This document shows positions 30,345 through 40,048 of a DNA stretch of 64,000 nt, piece after piece. Position 1 is the first letter of the stretch, and every line of letters begins with the position of its first letter. Source of the DNA: a virus; IMG/VR virus record IMGVR_UViG_3300030329_003470, positions 96,001 through 160,000 of that record, one strand, 5' to 3'. Made by a program: the position numbers and the translations under genes. Below the pieces are notes generated by a model. That model did no database searches. It was not told the DNA's origin and worked only from the letters and a program-made list of their open reading frames with translations.

Positions 30345-31452
30345 AATACCTTTTGTAGATTTATATCCGCAGTATGAGGAACTGAAATCAGAAATAGATA
30401 TAGCAATAACAGATATTATTGATAGAACAGACTTTATAACAGGACCAACTGTAGAACGTTTTGAAAAATCAATTTGTGATTATACTGGAGCAGAAGCCTG
30501 TGCTGGTTTAGGATCAGGAACCAATGCTTTAGTATGTGCCTTGAAAGCACTAGGAATAGGACCAGGTGACCATGTAATGACAGTAGGACATACATTTGTT
30601 TCAACTACTGAAGCAATAGTAAATGTAGGAGCAACACCGTTGTTTGTAGATATCGATGAATTTTATCATTTGGACACAGAAGAGATGAGGAAAGTAACCG
30701 GGTCAAAAGAATTTGCATTACCTGAGTTGAAAGCAATTCTATTTGTAGATTTGTATGGTCAAACACCGGACATAGATAAGATTAAGGCATTTGCTCAAGA
30801 GTATAATTTAAAAGTAATTGAAGATGCCGCACAAAGTTTTGGAGCAAAATATAAAAATAAAACAGTCGGTAGTCTAGTAGATTTAACTTGTTTCTCATTT
30901 AATCCTGTTAAAAATTTAGGTGCTATGGGAGATGCTGGTGCAGTTACTGGCAATAAAGAGTTAATTGATAAAGTTAAAATGTATAGAGATCACGGAAGAC
31001 GAACAAAGTTTGAATATGATGTAGTAGGATATAATTCTAGAATAGATAACTTACAAGCAGTTGTTATAGAATCTAAATTAAAAAAATTAAACGAATGGAC
31101 AGAAAAGAAAAGAAAAATTTGTCACAGATACACTGCTGAATTAAAGGGAGTAGTAAAATGTCCTAAAGAAGCACAGTGGAGTTATCATACCTATTATGTG
31201 TATGTAATTGAAACACCAAAAGGAACTAGAGATGCATTACAAAAACATTTGAAAGAAAAAGGAATTCAAACAAACATACATTATAGATTTCCTACACACA
31301 CCACAAAAGCATTTGAACAATATGGTACAGAATTGCCAAGGACTGAATATATGTGTAATAATATTTTAAGTTTGCCTTGCTATTTTACATTACCAAAACA
31401 TCATCAGGATTATATTATAAAAGCAATAAAGGAATTTTATGAAAACAATTAA
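30328..31452 (+). CDS. DegT/DnrJ/EryC1/StrS PLP-dependent sugar aminotransferase
   Basis: GSGTNAL, TFVST, IEDAAQSFG, FSFNPVKNLGAMGDAG and GYNSRID motifs. Confidence 0.92.
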   Translation: MNQNIKIPFVDLYPQYEELKSEIDIAITDIIDRTDFITGPTVERFEKSICDYTGAEACAGLGSGTNALVCALKALGIGPGDHVMTVGHTFVSTTEAIVNVGATPLFVDIDEFYHLDTEEMRKVTGSKEFALPELKAILFVDLYGQTPDIDKIKAFAQEYNLKVIEDAAQSFGAKYKNKTVGSLVDLTCFSFNPVKNLGAMGDAGAVTGNKELIDKVKMYRDHGRRTKFEYDVVGYNSRIDNLQAVVIESKLKKLNEWTEKKRKICHRYTAELKGVVKCPKEAQWSYHTYYVYVIETPKGTRDALQKHLKEKGIQTNIHYRFPTHTTKAFEQYGTELPRTEYMCNNILSLPCYFTLPKHHQDYIIKAIKEFYENN

Positions 31453-32320
31453 TATTAGTTTAGTAGGTGCAGGATATTGGGGTTCTAAGATTGCTAAAGA
31501 ATTAAAAATTATTCAAGGAGTTGGTGACATTGAAATAATAGATATCAAAGATGGCAAAACAATTGATGATGTAAATTATGATAATGTAATATTAGCCACT
31601 CCTGCTTGGGATCATTATATGCAAACCATCGCTTTATTACAAAGAGATAAAAACGTTTATGTAGAAAAACCCTTATCACTTACTTGTACAGATTGTTGTG
31701 TAATAAAAAGTTTTTTAAAAGATCAAACATTAATGGTTGGGCATATATTTTTATATAACGATAGAGTTAAAAAAATAAAAGAACTTTTACCTCAAATAGG
31801 CAAAATACAATATATAGAATCTAATAGATTAAATTGGGGAAGATTTCAAAAGAAGATTAGTACATTACACAGTCTTGCTCCACACGATGTTAGTATCATA
31901 CACTATCTACTTGGTGTACATACTTTTGAAAATATAAAACATACCGGGCATAAGTTTAGTAAATTTGAACAGTATGATAGAGATGAATTTGAATTTACTG
32001 TAAACAATATTCCTGTTAAGTTTAATTTAAGTTGGTATCATCCTGATAAAATAAGAACAATGGCAATAATTGGCGAGTCTGGTACTTTGTTTTGGGATGA
32101 AGAAGCACGAACAATTAAACTAACAACAAATATATGGAATAATGAAAGATTTAATTATGAACCAACTGTTGAAAAATTTGATATAGAATCAAACCCTTTG
32201 CGTAATGAATTAAAAGAGTTTGTAGATTGTATTATTACAAAAAGAACACCCTTTACAGATGTTGATAATGCTATTGATGTTGCTAAAAATTTAGATTTAC
32301 TTGCTAAACGTCTTGTTTAA
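31439..32320 (+). CDS. Gfo/Idh/MocA family oxidoreductase
   Basis: LVGAGYWG, ATP..H, VYVEKP, VGH and LAPHD motifs. Confidence 0.9.
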   Translation: MKTINISLVGAGYWGSKIAKELKIIQGVGDIEIIDIKDGKTIDDVNYDNVILATPAWDHYMQTIALLQRDKNVYVEKPLSLTCTDCCVIKSFLKDQTLMVGHIFLYNDRVKKIKELLPQIGKIQYIESNRLNWGRFQKKISTLHSLAPHDVSIIHYLLGVHTFENIKHTGHKFSKFEQYDRDEFEFTVNNIPVKFNLSWYHPDKIRTMAIIGESGTLFWDEEARTIKLTTNIWNNERFNYEPTVEKFDIESNPLRNELKEFVDCIITKRTPFTDVDNAIDVAKNLDLLAKRLV

Positions 32321-32641
32321 AATGTTTAAAGTTTTAGATTCCATATCTTTTTTCATAGTAGGAATATCAAACTTTATATCTACACTTTGTATTTTTAAAT
32401 AATTTTCTCTAATTGTTTTTGCTAAGATACGTGCTATAGATTCTTGTTTTTTAAATCTTAATGCTTTTTTTACATCATAATGTATCGTCATATTATTTTT
32501 TAGAATAATATTACAATAAAGCAAATACTTGACCGGTAAATTCCTGAATTGTAATCCTTCAAGAATTTCTGGCCATTCCTTTACGAAATCTTTAGTAAGT
32601 TGTATCCAACTACTATTTTTTGGCGGTAGTTTTTTTGGCAT
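32297..32641 (-). CDS. Hypothetical protein
   Basis: 114-aa ORF converging on the + strand operon. Confidence 0.6.
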   Translation of the reverse strand: MPKKLPPKNSSWIQLTKDFVKEWPEILEGLQFRNLPVKYLLYCNIILKNNMTIHYDVKKALRFKKQESIARILAKTIRENYLKIQSVDIKFDIPTMKKDMESKTLNILNKTFSK

Positions 32642-33158
32642 CTGCTTTTTTCGTTGTTTTAGCCTCTGCCTTTGGTGTATCGTCTTTCACTGCTAGTTCA
32701 GACACCTTAATACCCATATCTCTTGCTATTTGTTCGTTGAGTTTATTAAGTGCTATTCTACCATCTGGTGTGTTTCCAAAAGTAACAATTACATCTTTAG
32801 TTGCAAACTTTTTAATGTAGTTGTCGTTGTGTAAAATTGCCAACATATTTGTTCCATCTGGAAAAGTTTGTCTGCCTAAAAATTCACCTAATTCTTGTGA
32901 TTGTTGTCCACCATCGGATTCGACTGCTCTCATTAACGCATTATGGTATAAGTCAGGTAAAAATTTTGTACCTACTAACAAACAGTTGTTAGGTTCACCA
33001 GGTACAGTTCTATAGACAATAACTACCTTTGCTTTACTTTCGTCAGCAAGTTCTCCAATATGTTTGAAGTGTCTTTTTGGACCTGTTTGACCTTCGCCTG
33101 CCTCTCCTGTGCCAGGACCCATAGGCATCGCTTGGTCGTTTACATTTACTTGTGGCAT
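32613..33158 (-). CDS. Hypothetical phage protein
   Basis: 181-aa ORF with TAATG coupling to the upstream gene. Confidence 0.75.
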   Translation of the reverse strand: MPQVNVNDQAMPMGPGTGEAGEGQTGPKRHFKHIGELADESKAKVVIVYRTVPGEPNNCLLVGTKFLPDLYHNALMRAVESDGGQQSQELGEFLGRQTFPDGTNMLAILHNDNYIKKFATKDVIVTFGNTPDGRIALNKLNEQIARDMGIKVSELAVKDDTPKAEAKTTKKADAKKTTAKK

Positions 33159-33448
33159 TATTTTTTCTCCTCGGTTGCTGGTGCTACTGTTGTTGGTGCA
33201 CCTACACCTTCAGCGGCCTTTTGTTGCTCTTGTACTCTGTTTAAAAAAGCCGTTAGTTTGTTATAGATAAAACCTACGCCTGCCATTTCACTTGCTCCAA
33301 AGGCACCTCTTTTTGATGCCACGTCAAGTATACCTTGAAGATTTTTTAAATCTCCAATAGACAAAGCCATAGGGTCTTGTTGAGGTGCTTGATTTTCAGC
33401 CGTCGCTGTCTTTGGCGCCTCTTTATTTTTTGTTTCTTCGTTTGCCAT
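33158..33448 (-). CDS. Hypothetical protein
   Basis: Start at MANEE (33448) after an AGGAGA SD; contains LDVASKRGAF. Confidence 0.75.
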   Translation of the reverse strand: MANEETKNKEAPKTATAENQAPQQDPMALSIGDLKNLQGILDVASKRGAFGASEMAGVGFIYNKLTAFLNRVQEQQKAAEGVGAPTTVAPATEEKK

Positions 33449-33486
33449 TTTTTCTCCTAATTGCAATTAGTTAATAATATACGTAT

Positions 33487-33515
33487 ATTATACTACAATT
33501 AATTATGGCTTACAA
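33487..33515 (-). promoter_or_regulatory. Sigma70-like promoter TTGTAA-17-TATAAT
   Basis: Intergenic with 17-nt spacing. Confidence 0.55.
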
Positions 33516-33518
33516 GAG

Positions 33519-33785
33519 TTATTTTATAAAGTTTTGAGCAACTCCAGATAGAGCAAGTAGGGTAAGATCGCCAGGTTCTTCAAATCCAAGTACAGTTACA
33601 GATCTTGTTTGGCCATCTCGAATTACCACATCTTTGGTAATTGAATATCTGCCTCGACAATTTTCGTATATCCATTTACGTATTTGTTCAAGGTCATACT
33701 CGTGTGCTTTTACCACAGTATTAACGAAGTGTGGTGGTAAAATGTCTAACTCTCTTTTGAAGAAATTGATTGGATTGATTCTCAT
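33519..33785 (-). CDS. Hypothetical protein
   Basis: Start at MRINP (33785) through ATGA overlap with the upstream microprotein. Confidence 0.7.
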   Translation of the reverse strand: MRINPINFFKRELDILPPHFVNTVVKAHEYDLEQIRKWIYENCRGRYSITKDVVIRDGQTRSVTVLGFEEPGDLTLLALSGVAQNFIK

Positions 33786-33901
33786 AGACCAAAATTTAAA
33801 ATTACCATCATAATAACAACAATACAAATTGCCCATATCCAGTTGTCATAGCATAAGTCTTTAATCAGTGACCAAATATAAAACCAAAAATCTTTAATCA
33901 T
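33782..33901 (-). CDS. 39-aa hydrophobic microprotein (not in ORF track)
   Basis: MIKDFWFYIWSLIKDLCYDNWIWAICIVVIMMVILNFGL. It overlaps the VWA gene stop and is ATGA-coupled to the next gene. Confidence 0.65.
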   Translation of the reverse strand: MIKDFWFYIWSLIKDLCYDNWIWAICIVVIMMVILNFGL

Positions 33902-35138
33902 TGTATTGTACCGTCATTCCAAATGGTGCTTCTATACCTCTCTCGTATGGATTGTTAATTAAGAATATAGTATCGCAATAGTCTGGATCACCCCAACTGT
34001 TGAATGGCCATCCGTCTGTAAACATTATAAATTTTTTAGGTTCTATACCTTCTTCTTTCATATATTCCCAATTACATTCAAATTCTGTACCACCACCTGA
34101 ACCTAGTTTATAGTCTAATAGTTCGTCTGCATTATCTGGTGTAAAAATTTTTGGATTAAACACCGCAGTATCAAAAGTCCAAAGATGTATTCTAAAATCT
34201 TTGTATTGATCCATAATATTTTTTACTTCTGTTAAAAATTCTGTGCATTGTTCGTTGCTAATACTACCAGAAGCATCAAGAGCCAAACATATATCAATCA
34301 TTTCGTCATTGTTTTGACCAGGTAATATAGCAGATGTGTGCCATGATTTTCTACTAGGTCTCATCCAAGTATAATCAGACTTAATAGTACTCATAATTTG
34401 TTGTTGGATTATTTCTCTCCAATCCATTTTTGGTTCTGTTAAGTCAGCAACTAATCTTTGTAGAGCACCGGGTAAATTACTAGCACCTGTAGATTGTGCG
34501 GCACTTACCATTGCTTCTTTTACTTCGTCTCTGATCTTCTTTAATTCTTCTTTTGTGTAAACTGGTCTACCTTTGCCTTTTTCGCCACCTTTACTGTCTT
34601 TGCCTTTTCCGCCTGGTCCTTGTCCTTGTTCTTTACCCCAGTCAACGTGTTCGTCCATTAACTGACCCATTTTTTCTAAAAACTTTTTACCGTTCTTTTT
34701 AGCAGTTTTCATAATGTCATCGTATATTCTTTCTGCAGGCCAGTCTTTATATTTCTCATCTTGGAAACCTTTGTTCTCACCTTTTTTACCTTTGGGCATT
34801 TCTCCAATTTTGCCATCAACAAGAATTTGATTAACGGCATAGTCCGCCGCGATGTTCCAAAGTTGTGGATCTCTGTCTCCTATTCTAACTAGCATATGTT
34901 CAAATACATTGTGCAGTACTTCATGACCAAATAAAAATTCTGCTTCTCTAGGTGTAAGTGAATCTATAAATTTTGTATTGTAATAAAAGTATCTGCCATC
35001 TGTACCAGCAGTAGGACACCAGTCATCTGCATTAACAAGTTTTAGTCTTGTTGCAAGGTTGCCAAAGAAAGGATGTTTCAATAACAAGGCAATCCTTGCA
35101 GTAACTAATTTGTCTATGATTTGTTGATCTGATCCCAC
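33894..35138 (-). CDS. DUF2201-like metallopeptidase plus VWA domain protein
   Basis: TAGTDG, HEVLH (HExxH), WNIAADYAVN, DASGSI (MIDAS), GGGTEF and FTDG motifs. Confidence 0.85.
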   Translation of the reverse strand: MGSDQQIIDKLVTARIALLLKHPFFGNLATRLKLVNADDWCPTAGTDGRYFYYNTKFIDSLTPREAEFLFGHEVLHNVFEHMLVRIGDRDPQLWNIAADYAVNQILVDGKIGEMPKGKKGENKGFQDEKYKDWPAERIYDDIMKTAKKNGKKFLEKMGQLMDEHVDWGKEQGQGPGGKGKDSKGGEKGKGRPVYTKEELKKIRDEVKEAMVSAAQSTGASNLPGALQRLVADLTEPKMDWREIIQQQIMSTIKSDYTWMRPSRKSWHTSAILPGQNNDEMIDICLALDASGSISNEQCTEFLTEVKNIMDQYKDFRIHLWTFDTAVFNPKIFTPDNADELLDYKLGSGGGTEFECNWEYMKEEGIEPKKFIMFTDGWPFNSWGDPDYCDTIFLINNPYERGIEAPFGMTVQYND

Positions 35139-36238
35139 TATTTAGACTCCATAGCAGTTATGACATACTTGCCAAACTTCTTATGGAACCTATCAAATGA
35201 TTTTAACTTGCTAGGATCGAACGGAAGTTTATAGTTTGTCAGTGCAATCTTGGCACCCATAACAACCAACTCTGTTTCAAAGTTGTCCATCATGTAGTGA
35301 AAGAATCTGTCTGCTTGTTCGTTCCAATTTTTTACTTTCTTTTCATATGCCTGTTGTAATTCATAACACAATGAAACTGTAAGTGAATACATCGCTGATA
35401 TCTCTTTAGTCTTAAGATCTTTAACCTTACCGCTCAATATATCAGATGGGTTAGGTAACTGGCCGCTAACTTTACGATGATTCATAAACTTAACAGCCAG
35501 GCCTTCTCCTACGCAACCTGCAACGAGGTCAGTGAGCGTACTTTCTGGCAGGTCATCTGATAGAAGTTGGGATACGAAACTCCATGATCTTGGAGTTGCG
35601 AATGATCTACTTGATCCTTTTGGATCAAAATCATATAAATCTTGTTTAGCAAAAGTACAATATCCTACAACGTCTGAGTGGATATGTCTGTCAGTTGCCC
35701 ATTGTAACCAATCATCATAATCAACTCTTAGTTCAATGTGAACAAATCTATTTGCCAACGGAGCAGGCATTCTGTAAGTAACACCTTTGTCACTATCTCT
35801 ATTACCAGCCGCCACAATAGATACTCCTTCTGGCAAATGATATTGTCCTACTCTTCTGTTTAAAATTAATTGATAAGCCGCCGCCTGTACTGCCGGTGCC
35901 GCTGAATTTAATTCGTCTAAAAATACTATTGCAGTAGATTTAGGATCTGTTGGCAATTCTGCCGGACTTGCCCAAACCATATTATTTTCTTCTGAATTAT
36001 AATAAGGAATACCTTTAATATCTGTAGGTTCCCATAAAGGAAGTCTAATATCAATAACATCTCTTTCTTCTGAATCTGCAATTTGTTTAACTATGTCTGA
36101 TTTTCCAATACCAGGCGCACCCCACATCATTATAGGTCTTTGTAATTTAATACAATGTGTTAGTGCTGATTTGGCCTCGTTTGGCGTAACAGTACGGTTC
36201 TGTGATCCTACTGCTTGTTCTTTACTTTTTTTTGGCAT
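35138..36238 (-). CDS. MoxR-like AAA+ ATPase
   Basis: Walker A GAPGIGKS, Walker B VFLDELN, AAGN, LANRF and TPRSW motifs. Confidence 0.9.
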   Translation of the reverse strand: MPKKSKEQAVGSQNRTVTPNEAKSALTHCIKLQRPIMMWGAPGIGKSDIVKQIADSEERDVIDIRLPLWEPTDIKGIPYYNSEENNMVWASPAELPTDPKSTAIVFLDELNSAAPAVQAAAYQLILNRRVGQYHLPEGVSIVAAGNRDSDKGVTYRMPAPLANRFVHIELRVDYDDWLQWATDRHIHSDVVGYCTFAKQDLYDFDPKGSSRSFATPRSWSFVSQLLSDDLPESTLTDLVAGCVGEGLAVKFMNHRKVSGQLPNPSDILSGKVKDLKTKEISAMYSLTVSLCYELQQAYEKKVKNWNEQADRFFHYMMDNFETELVVMGAKIALTNYKLPFDPSKLKSFDRFHKKFGKYVITAMESK

Positions 36239-36272
36239 TTTTGTACACTCCTGTTAAAATGTTTATAATACC

Positions 36273-36300
36273 ATTATAACAGGAATTTGTTATACGTCAA
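36273..36300 (-). promoter_or_regulatory. Sigma70-like promoter TTGACG-16-TGnTATAAT upstream of the AAA gene
   Basis: Intergenic, with an extended -10. Confidence 0.6.
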
Positions 36301-36330
36301 CCTGGTAAATGTGGCTAAAAAGTCGCTATT

Positions 36331-36726
36331 TTACTGGCTTTTTTGCTCGTCTGCTTTGCTCATTGCCCTAGATAATCCGTATTTTGTAACGTCTCCAGCA
36401 AAAAGCATGAGTTGTAATGCCATTTTTTCCATGGTTACTATGATTTTTTTCTTGTCGACAAAGTATGGACAGTCCACAAATTCGTCTAACCATAGGTAGG
36501 TTTGGGGTGTGAATATGATTTTGGCAGGAAACTTTATTTCATAGCATTTGATATCACACGATTCAATCCATTCCAAACCAAGTTTGGTTAATCTAAGTGA
36601 TCTTGCTTGGTAAGATTCTCTCACATTTTGCCACCATGCAAAATATGAAGCCTTTATACTCTCTTCGTGCAAGGGTTGTTCCTTGAGCATCATGAAGGTT
36701 CGAGTGTATGCCGTTTTAACGTCCAT
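36331..36726 (-). CDS. Hypothetical protein
   Basis: 131-aa ORF in the operon. Confidence 0.7.
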   Translation of the reverse strand: MDVKTAYTRTFMMLKEQPLHEESIKASYFAWWQNVRESYQARSLRLTKLGLEWIESCDIKCYEIKFPAKIIFTPQTYLWLDEFVDCPYFVDKKKIIVTMEKMALQLMLFAGDVTKYGLSRAMSKADEQKSQ

Positions 36727-36734
36727 ACTATTAA

Positions 36735-37022
36735 TTATCTAGTGTATTTGTCGCCGGTCTTTAAAAGGTACACTGCAAACTTGTCTGTTTGGTGTTGAGT
36801 GTTTAATTTTTTAGCCAAGTTTTCTGCGTGACCTGGATTAGAAAATGAGACTTTTTTATATTTTGGTCCCGGATAGTTTGCCACCAAACTTGATGATTTC
36901 AAGTTGATTGGTTTGCCATCATAAAAAACCGCCCAGATGCCTTCTGCCGCCAGGACTTCGTCCATCTTGTAGGTTGTTTTATTACTGTGTTGTAGTAACA
37001 CTGTGGGTTTTGGTCTGCTCAT
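36735..37022 (-). CDS. Hypothetical phage protein
   Basis: 95 aa starting MSRPKPTVLL, with an upstream TAAATA box. Confidence 0.75.
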   Translation of the reverse strand: MSRPKPTVLLQHSNKTTYKMDEVLAAEGIWAVFYDGKPINLKSSSLVANYPGPKYKKVSFSNPGHAENLAKKLNTQHQTDKFAVYLLKTGDKYTR

Positions 37023-37056
37023 AGTTTATAACTATATTTACCAAAAATTGTAATGC

Positions 37057-37878
37057 TTATGTATTGCTAGTGATTATTTTAATAATTTTTGCACCAGTTA
37101 AATCGTAGTCATGGTTGCCATAGGCGAGCAACGGCGCACTGAATTCGTTAACTTCGTTCCACTTTTCTATGTTGTTTTTTTGAAGCCATTTTGTTTTGTA
37201 TAAAGAAAACCAATCAATAAATTCTTGAGGGAAACTTTTTGGTTTATTGCTTTTTAACGCAATAAAAAATTGTGCTCTAAATGTAAAATGTGCTTTACAC
37301 AATTCCATAACTCTTTCTTCGTTGTTAGGTTCTCCATCACTCCAATAATCAAATGGTTTCTTGCCTAGTTCGGTCCATGGCAAATACATATTATTTTTTA
37401 CGATTTCATTTTCGTAATAAGGGTTACAATCAAACTGTTCGGTTAACGGTCCTTCTTTAGTACCCCATCCAATTATTACTTTGTTTTTTATATTTTTATT
37501 ATTTTCTGCATTATGAATGGCATGATGAAACTCATATAAATCTTCTTTGTCTTTTCCGGTTAGTTTATCGTGCCATTCTTCGTAGATTTTATGAAGTATG
37601 TTTAAGTTTTTTTGTTCATTGATATCAACAAAGTTAGTAGGTGTAATTTTATACTTTTCACAGAAGTTATTATAAATTTTTGACAGATCAGAAACATCTG
37701 TAAAACGACTTTCTACAGGATCAACATTAATATTCTTTAAATGTTTAATTTTTTCGAACCACTTTTTAGCAATAATAGAATCTGCCAGTGTGTATTCGCA
37801 ATCTATTTCGTTTTCGTCTTGAGAAAAAATTATATGAAACTTATTTTTTGTCACCAAATTTACCGCCGTCCATTTCAA
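37057..37878 (-). CDS. Hypothetical protein
   Basis: 273-aa ORF; start uncertain. Confidence 0.65.
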   Translation of the reverse strand: MKWTAVNLVTKNKFHIIFSQDENEIDCEYTLADSIIAKKWFEKIKHLKNINVDPVESRFTDVSDLSKIYNNFCEKYKITPTNFVDINEQKNLNILHKIYEEWHDKLTGKDKEDLYEFHHAIHNAENNKNIKNKVIIGWGTKEGPLTEQFDCNPYYENEIVKNNMYLPWTELGKKPFDYWSDGEPNNEERVMELCKAHFTFRAQFFIALKSNKPKSFPQEFIDWFSLYKTKWLQKNNIEKWNEVNEFSAPLLAYGNHDYDLTGAKIIKIITSNT

Positions 37879-38098
37879 TATTGATTGTTTGTGCCTCTTG
37901 GGCAGTTTTTAAAGCATCAATTATTTCGTCTTGTACGTGTACCAATCTAGCAAGTACCTGTGTTAAAGAATCTGCTAATTTATCGGCTTCCGCGGCAGGT
38001 AAAATTATTTGTTTTTGTCCTTGTTGGCGTAGAGTTCTAATTCTACCTATAAGATCTTCAATTGGACGTGTTTGTATTTTGGAATTCTTTGACTGCAT
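37841..38098 (-). CDS. Hypothetical protein
   Basis: 85-aa helical ORF. Confidence 0.65.
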   Translation of the reverse strand: MQSKNSKIQTRPIEDLIGRIRTLRQQGQKQIILPAAEADKLADSLTQVLARLVHVQDEIIDALKTAQEAQTINIEMDGGKFGDKK

Positions 38099-38573
38099 TG
38101 TTTAATACCTGTTGCATTTCTAGTTTAGTTTTCATTGGACCTTTATATTTGTATCTAGATAGTGTAATCATCTTTGGACAATATGCTTTACGCCATCCTT
38201 TTTCAAAACAAATTATGTAATACCCTGCACAAAATTGACTTTTTGATTTTGGTGTTTTTGTGTAAACGGGTAATTGTTTTTGTACATCAAACATTGGGTT
38301 GTATGGGTGTTGTGAACAAGGAAAACCATGTACTTCAAAATTATCTGTTTGAATTTCTTCTTCAATTTTTGGTGTTTTTCCTTCTTCAAATATATTAAAT
38401 CCAAATTTGGTGAACAGACTCTCCTGTGTGTGAAACACCTGTCCATTTTGGTCTTTTTTACTTAAAAAAATCCAACCGTTATTATCTTTCTTTTGTAAGG
38501 TACCTAATTTTTCGCCGTTTTGTTCGATAATCCAAAACTTGTCTTTTACAAGTGTTTTTGCTCGTACTGTCAT
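38058..38573 (-). CDS. Hypothetical phage protein
   Basis: 171-aa ORF, ATGA-coupled to the exonuclease gene. Confidence 0.75.
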   Translation of the reverse strand: MTVRAKTLVKDKFWIIEQNGEKLGTLQKKDNNGWIFLSKKDQNGQVFHTQESLFTKFGFNIFEEGKTPKIEEEIQTDNFEVHGFPCSQHPYNPMFDVQKQLPVYTKTPKSKSQFCAGYYIICFEKGWRKAYCPKMITLSRYKYKGPMKTKLEMQQVLNNAVKEFQNTNTSN

Positions 38574-39556
38574 GATACTAACCTCGCATTAAAAGGCTCA
38601 ACATACAGTTGTGCCTGCTCACTAATTCTATTTAAATCGTATTTGGCACAGAACCTCATAAATCTGACTCCAACTTGATCTATACTTTTGTTCTCTGCTT
38701 TTGCCTGTGCAATCGTTTGATCCAACTCCTCTATGATTGCTTCTGGTTGTGCATGAAGATCTACAAGAAGTTTATTACGTTCATAATCCTCAAGTACTCT
38801 GTGTTCTTTTCCATCATGATCTACCCATTTAGACAGCATCATATTATTCCAAGTGTATCCTTTTTCATTACGATCTGCAAATGCTTCTTGTAATCCTATT
38901 TTGTTTTTAGTACCTTTTGTTCTAACACCAGGATATGCACTAAAAATATTATCACTAGGATCGCCTCTCATACTTTTTTCAAATATAATCCATTCTATAT
39001 CCGGTGCACCTTTTGGTGCTTTAGTTTTTTTGTCTATTACAGGGTTACCTTTTGCATCAAACCAACCTTCATGTGTAATAGTTGTTTCTGTAATACCGTT
39101 ATATTGTTTAACATTTTCGCTTACAAGTTGATTTAGATCTTTGTCAGTGCTTAAAATTACGTGTTTTTCGTTTGGATGTTTATCAATCCAACGTGCAATT
39201 AAATCATCTGCTTCTGTTCTAGCATTTCTTAATACTGTTGCATTAGTTCTTTCAATTATAAATTTACAAAAGTCATCATAACATTCCCAGAACACATCAT
39301 TCTCTTCTTTTTCTTGTTGTGTCATTGCATCAACGGCATCTTTACGATTTCTTTTATATTGTGCATAATGATCTTTACGCCAACTTCTACCTTCTAAACA
39401 AAATACAAGATGAGTGCCATCAAAATCTTGCCATGCTTTTTTAATAGAATTCATCATGATATGAATAGCCATACCAATTTTCTCACTAGTGTCTCCACGT
39501 ATTACGTGTCTAGCACGAAAAAATGTGTTTGCAGTATCAATTAATATATGGGTCAC
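38570..39556 (-). CDS. 5'-3' exonuclease / T4 RNase H-like flap nuclease
   Basis: ILIDTAN..FRARH, EADDLIA, STDKDLNQL and RGDPSDNI motifs. GTG start at 39556. Confidence 0.88.
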   Translation of the reverse strand: MTHILIDTANTFFRARHVIRGDTSEKIGMAIHIMMNSIKKAWQDFDGTHLVFCLEGRSWRKDHYAQYKRNRKDAVDAMTQQEKEENDVFWECYDDFCKFIIERTNATVLRNARTEADDLIARWIDKHPNEKHVILSTDKDLNQLVSENVKQYNGITETTITHEGWFDAKGNPVIDKKTKAPKGAPDIEWIIFEKSMRGDPSDNIFSAYPGVRTKGTKNKIGLQEAFADRNEKGYTWNNMMLSKWVDHDGKEHRVLEDYERNKLLVDLHAQPEAIIEELDQTIAQAKAENKSIDQVGVRFMRFCAKYDLNRISEQAQLYVEPFNARLVS

Positions 39557-39557
39557 G

Positions 39558-39695
39558 TTACCCCCAGAAGTCTTTATCAAAAGGTTTTGGCAGTTTAGAT
39601 TTAATTGGTTTCCATATAGCAATTTCTATTTTGCCTATAAATTTTGGTCTTGGAATAAACCAACCAATTAGAATTCCTAAAAGAATATAACTCAT
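39558..39695 (-). CDS. 45-aa microprotein with N-terminal hydrophobic helix (not in ORF track)
   Basis: MSYILLGILIGWFIPRPKFIGKIEIAIWKPIKSKLPKPFDKDFWG. TAATG-coupled and fills the gap exactly. Confidence 0.7.
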   Translation of the reverse strand: MSYILLGILIGWFIPRPKFIGKIEIAIWKPIKSKLPKPFDKDFWG

Positions 39696-40048
39696 TATGA
39701 TATCTCCGTTTTGCCATCTGGTGTTCTATTAATTTGAACATATCCAGAACCAGTTACATCTATACCTTGTTCGTTTCCTATAGTTCTACATAGAGTTTGA
39801 AACCATCTATCAACTATTTCTTCATCAGACTGACCTTGATAACCATGTTGTGTTAACATATTAACAAATTCATCATTCCAATCTAATTCAAAAAAACCAT
39901 TACGAGGATTGTCTGGATTAACATTCATGTTTAAAACTTTAACCCAAGGTTCTTCACTTTTTTTGGTTTTCTTTTTTGCTCTAGTTTTTGTAGTTTTCTT
40001 TACTTTCATTGTTTTATTATACTTGGTTTTCTTTGTTTTGCCAACCAT
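39695..40048 (-). CDS. Hypothetical phage protein with Lys-rich N-terminus
   Basis: TAATG coupling to queE sets the start at 40048; contains EPWVKVL...GFFELDWN. Confidence 0.75.
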   Translation of the reverse strand: MVGKTKKTKYNKTMKVKKTTKTRAKKKTKKSEEPWVKVLNMNVNPDNPRNGFFELDWNDEFVNMLTQHGYQGQSDEEIVDRWFQTLCRTIGNEQGIDVTGSGYVQINRTPDGKTEIS

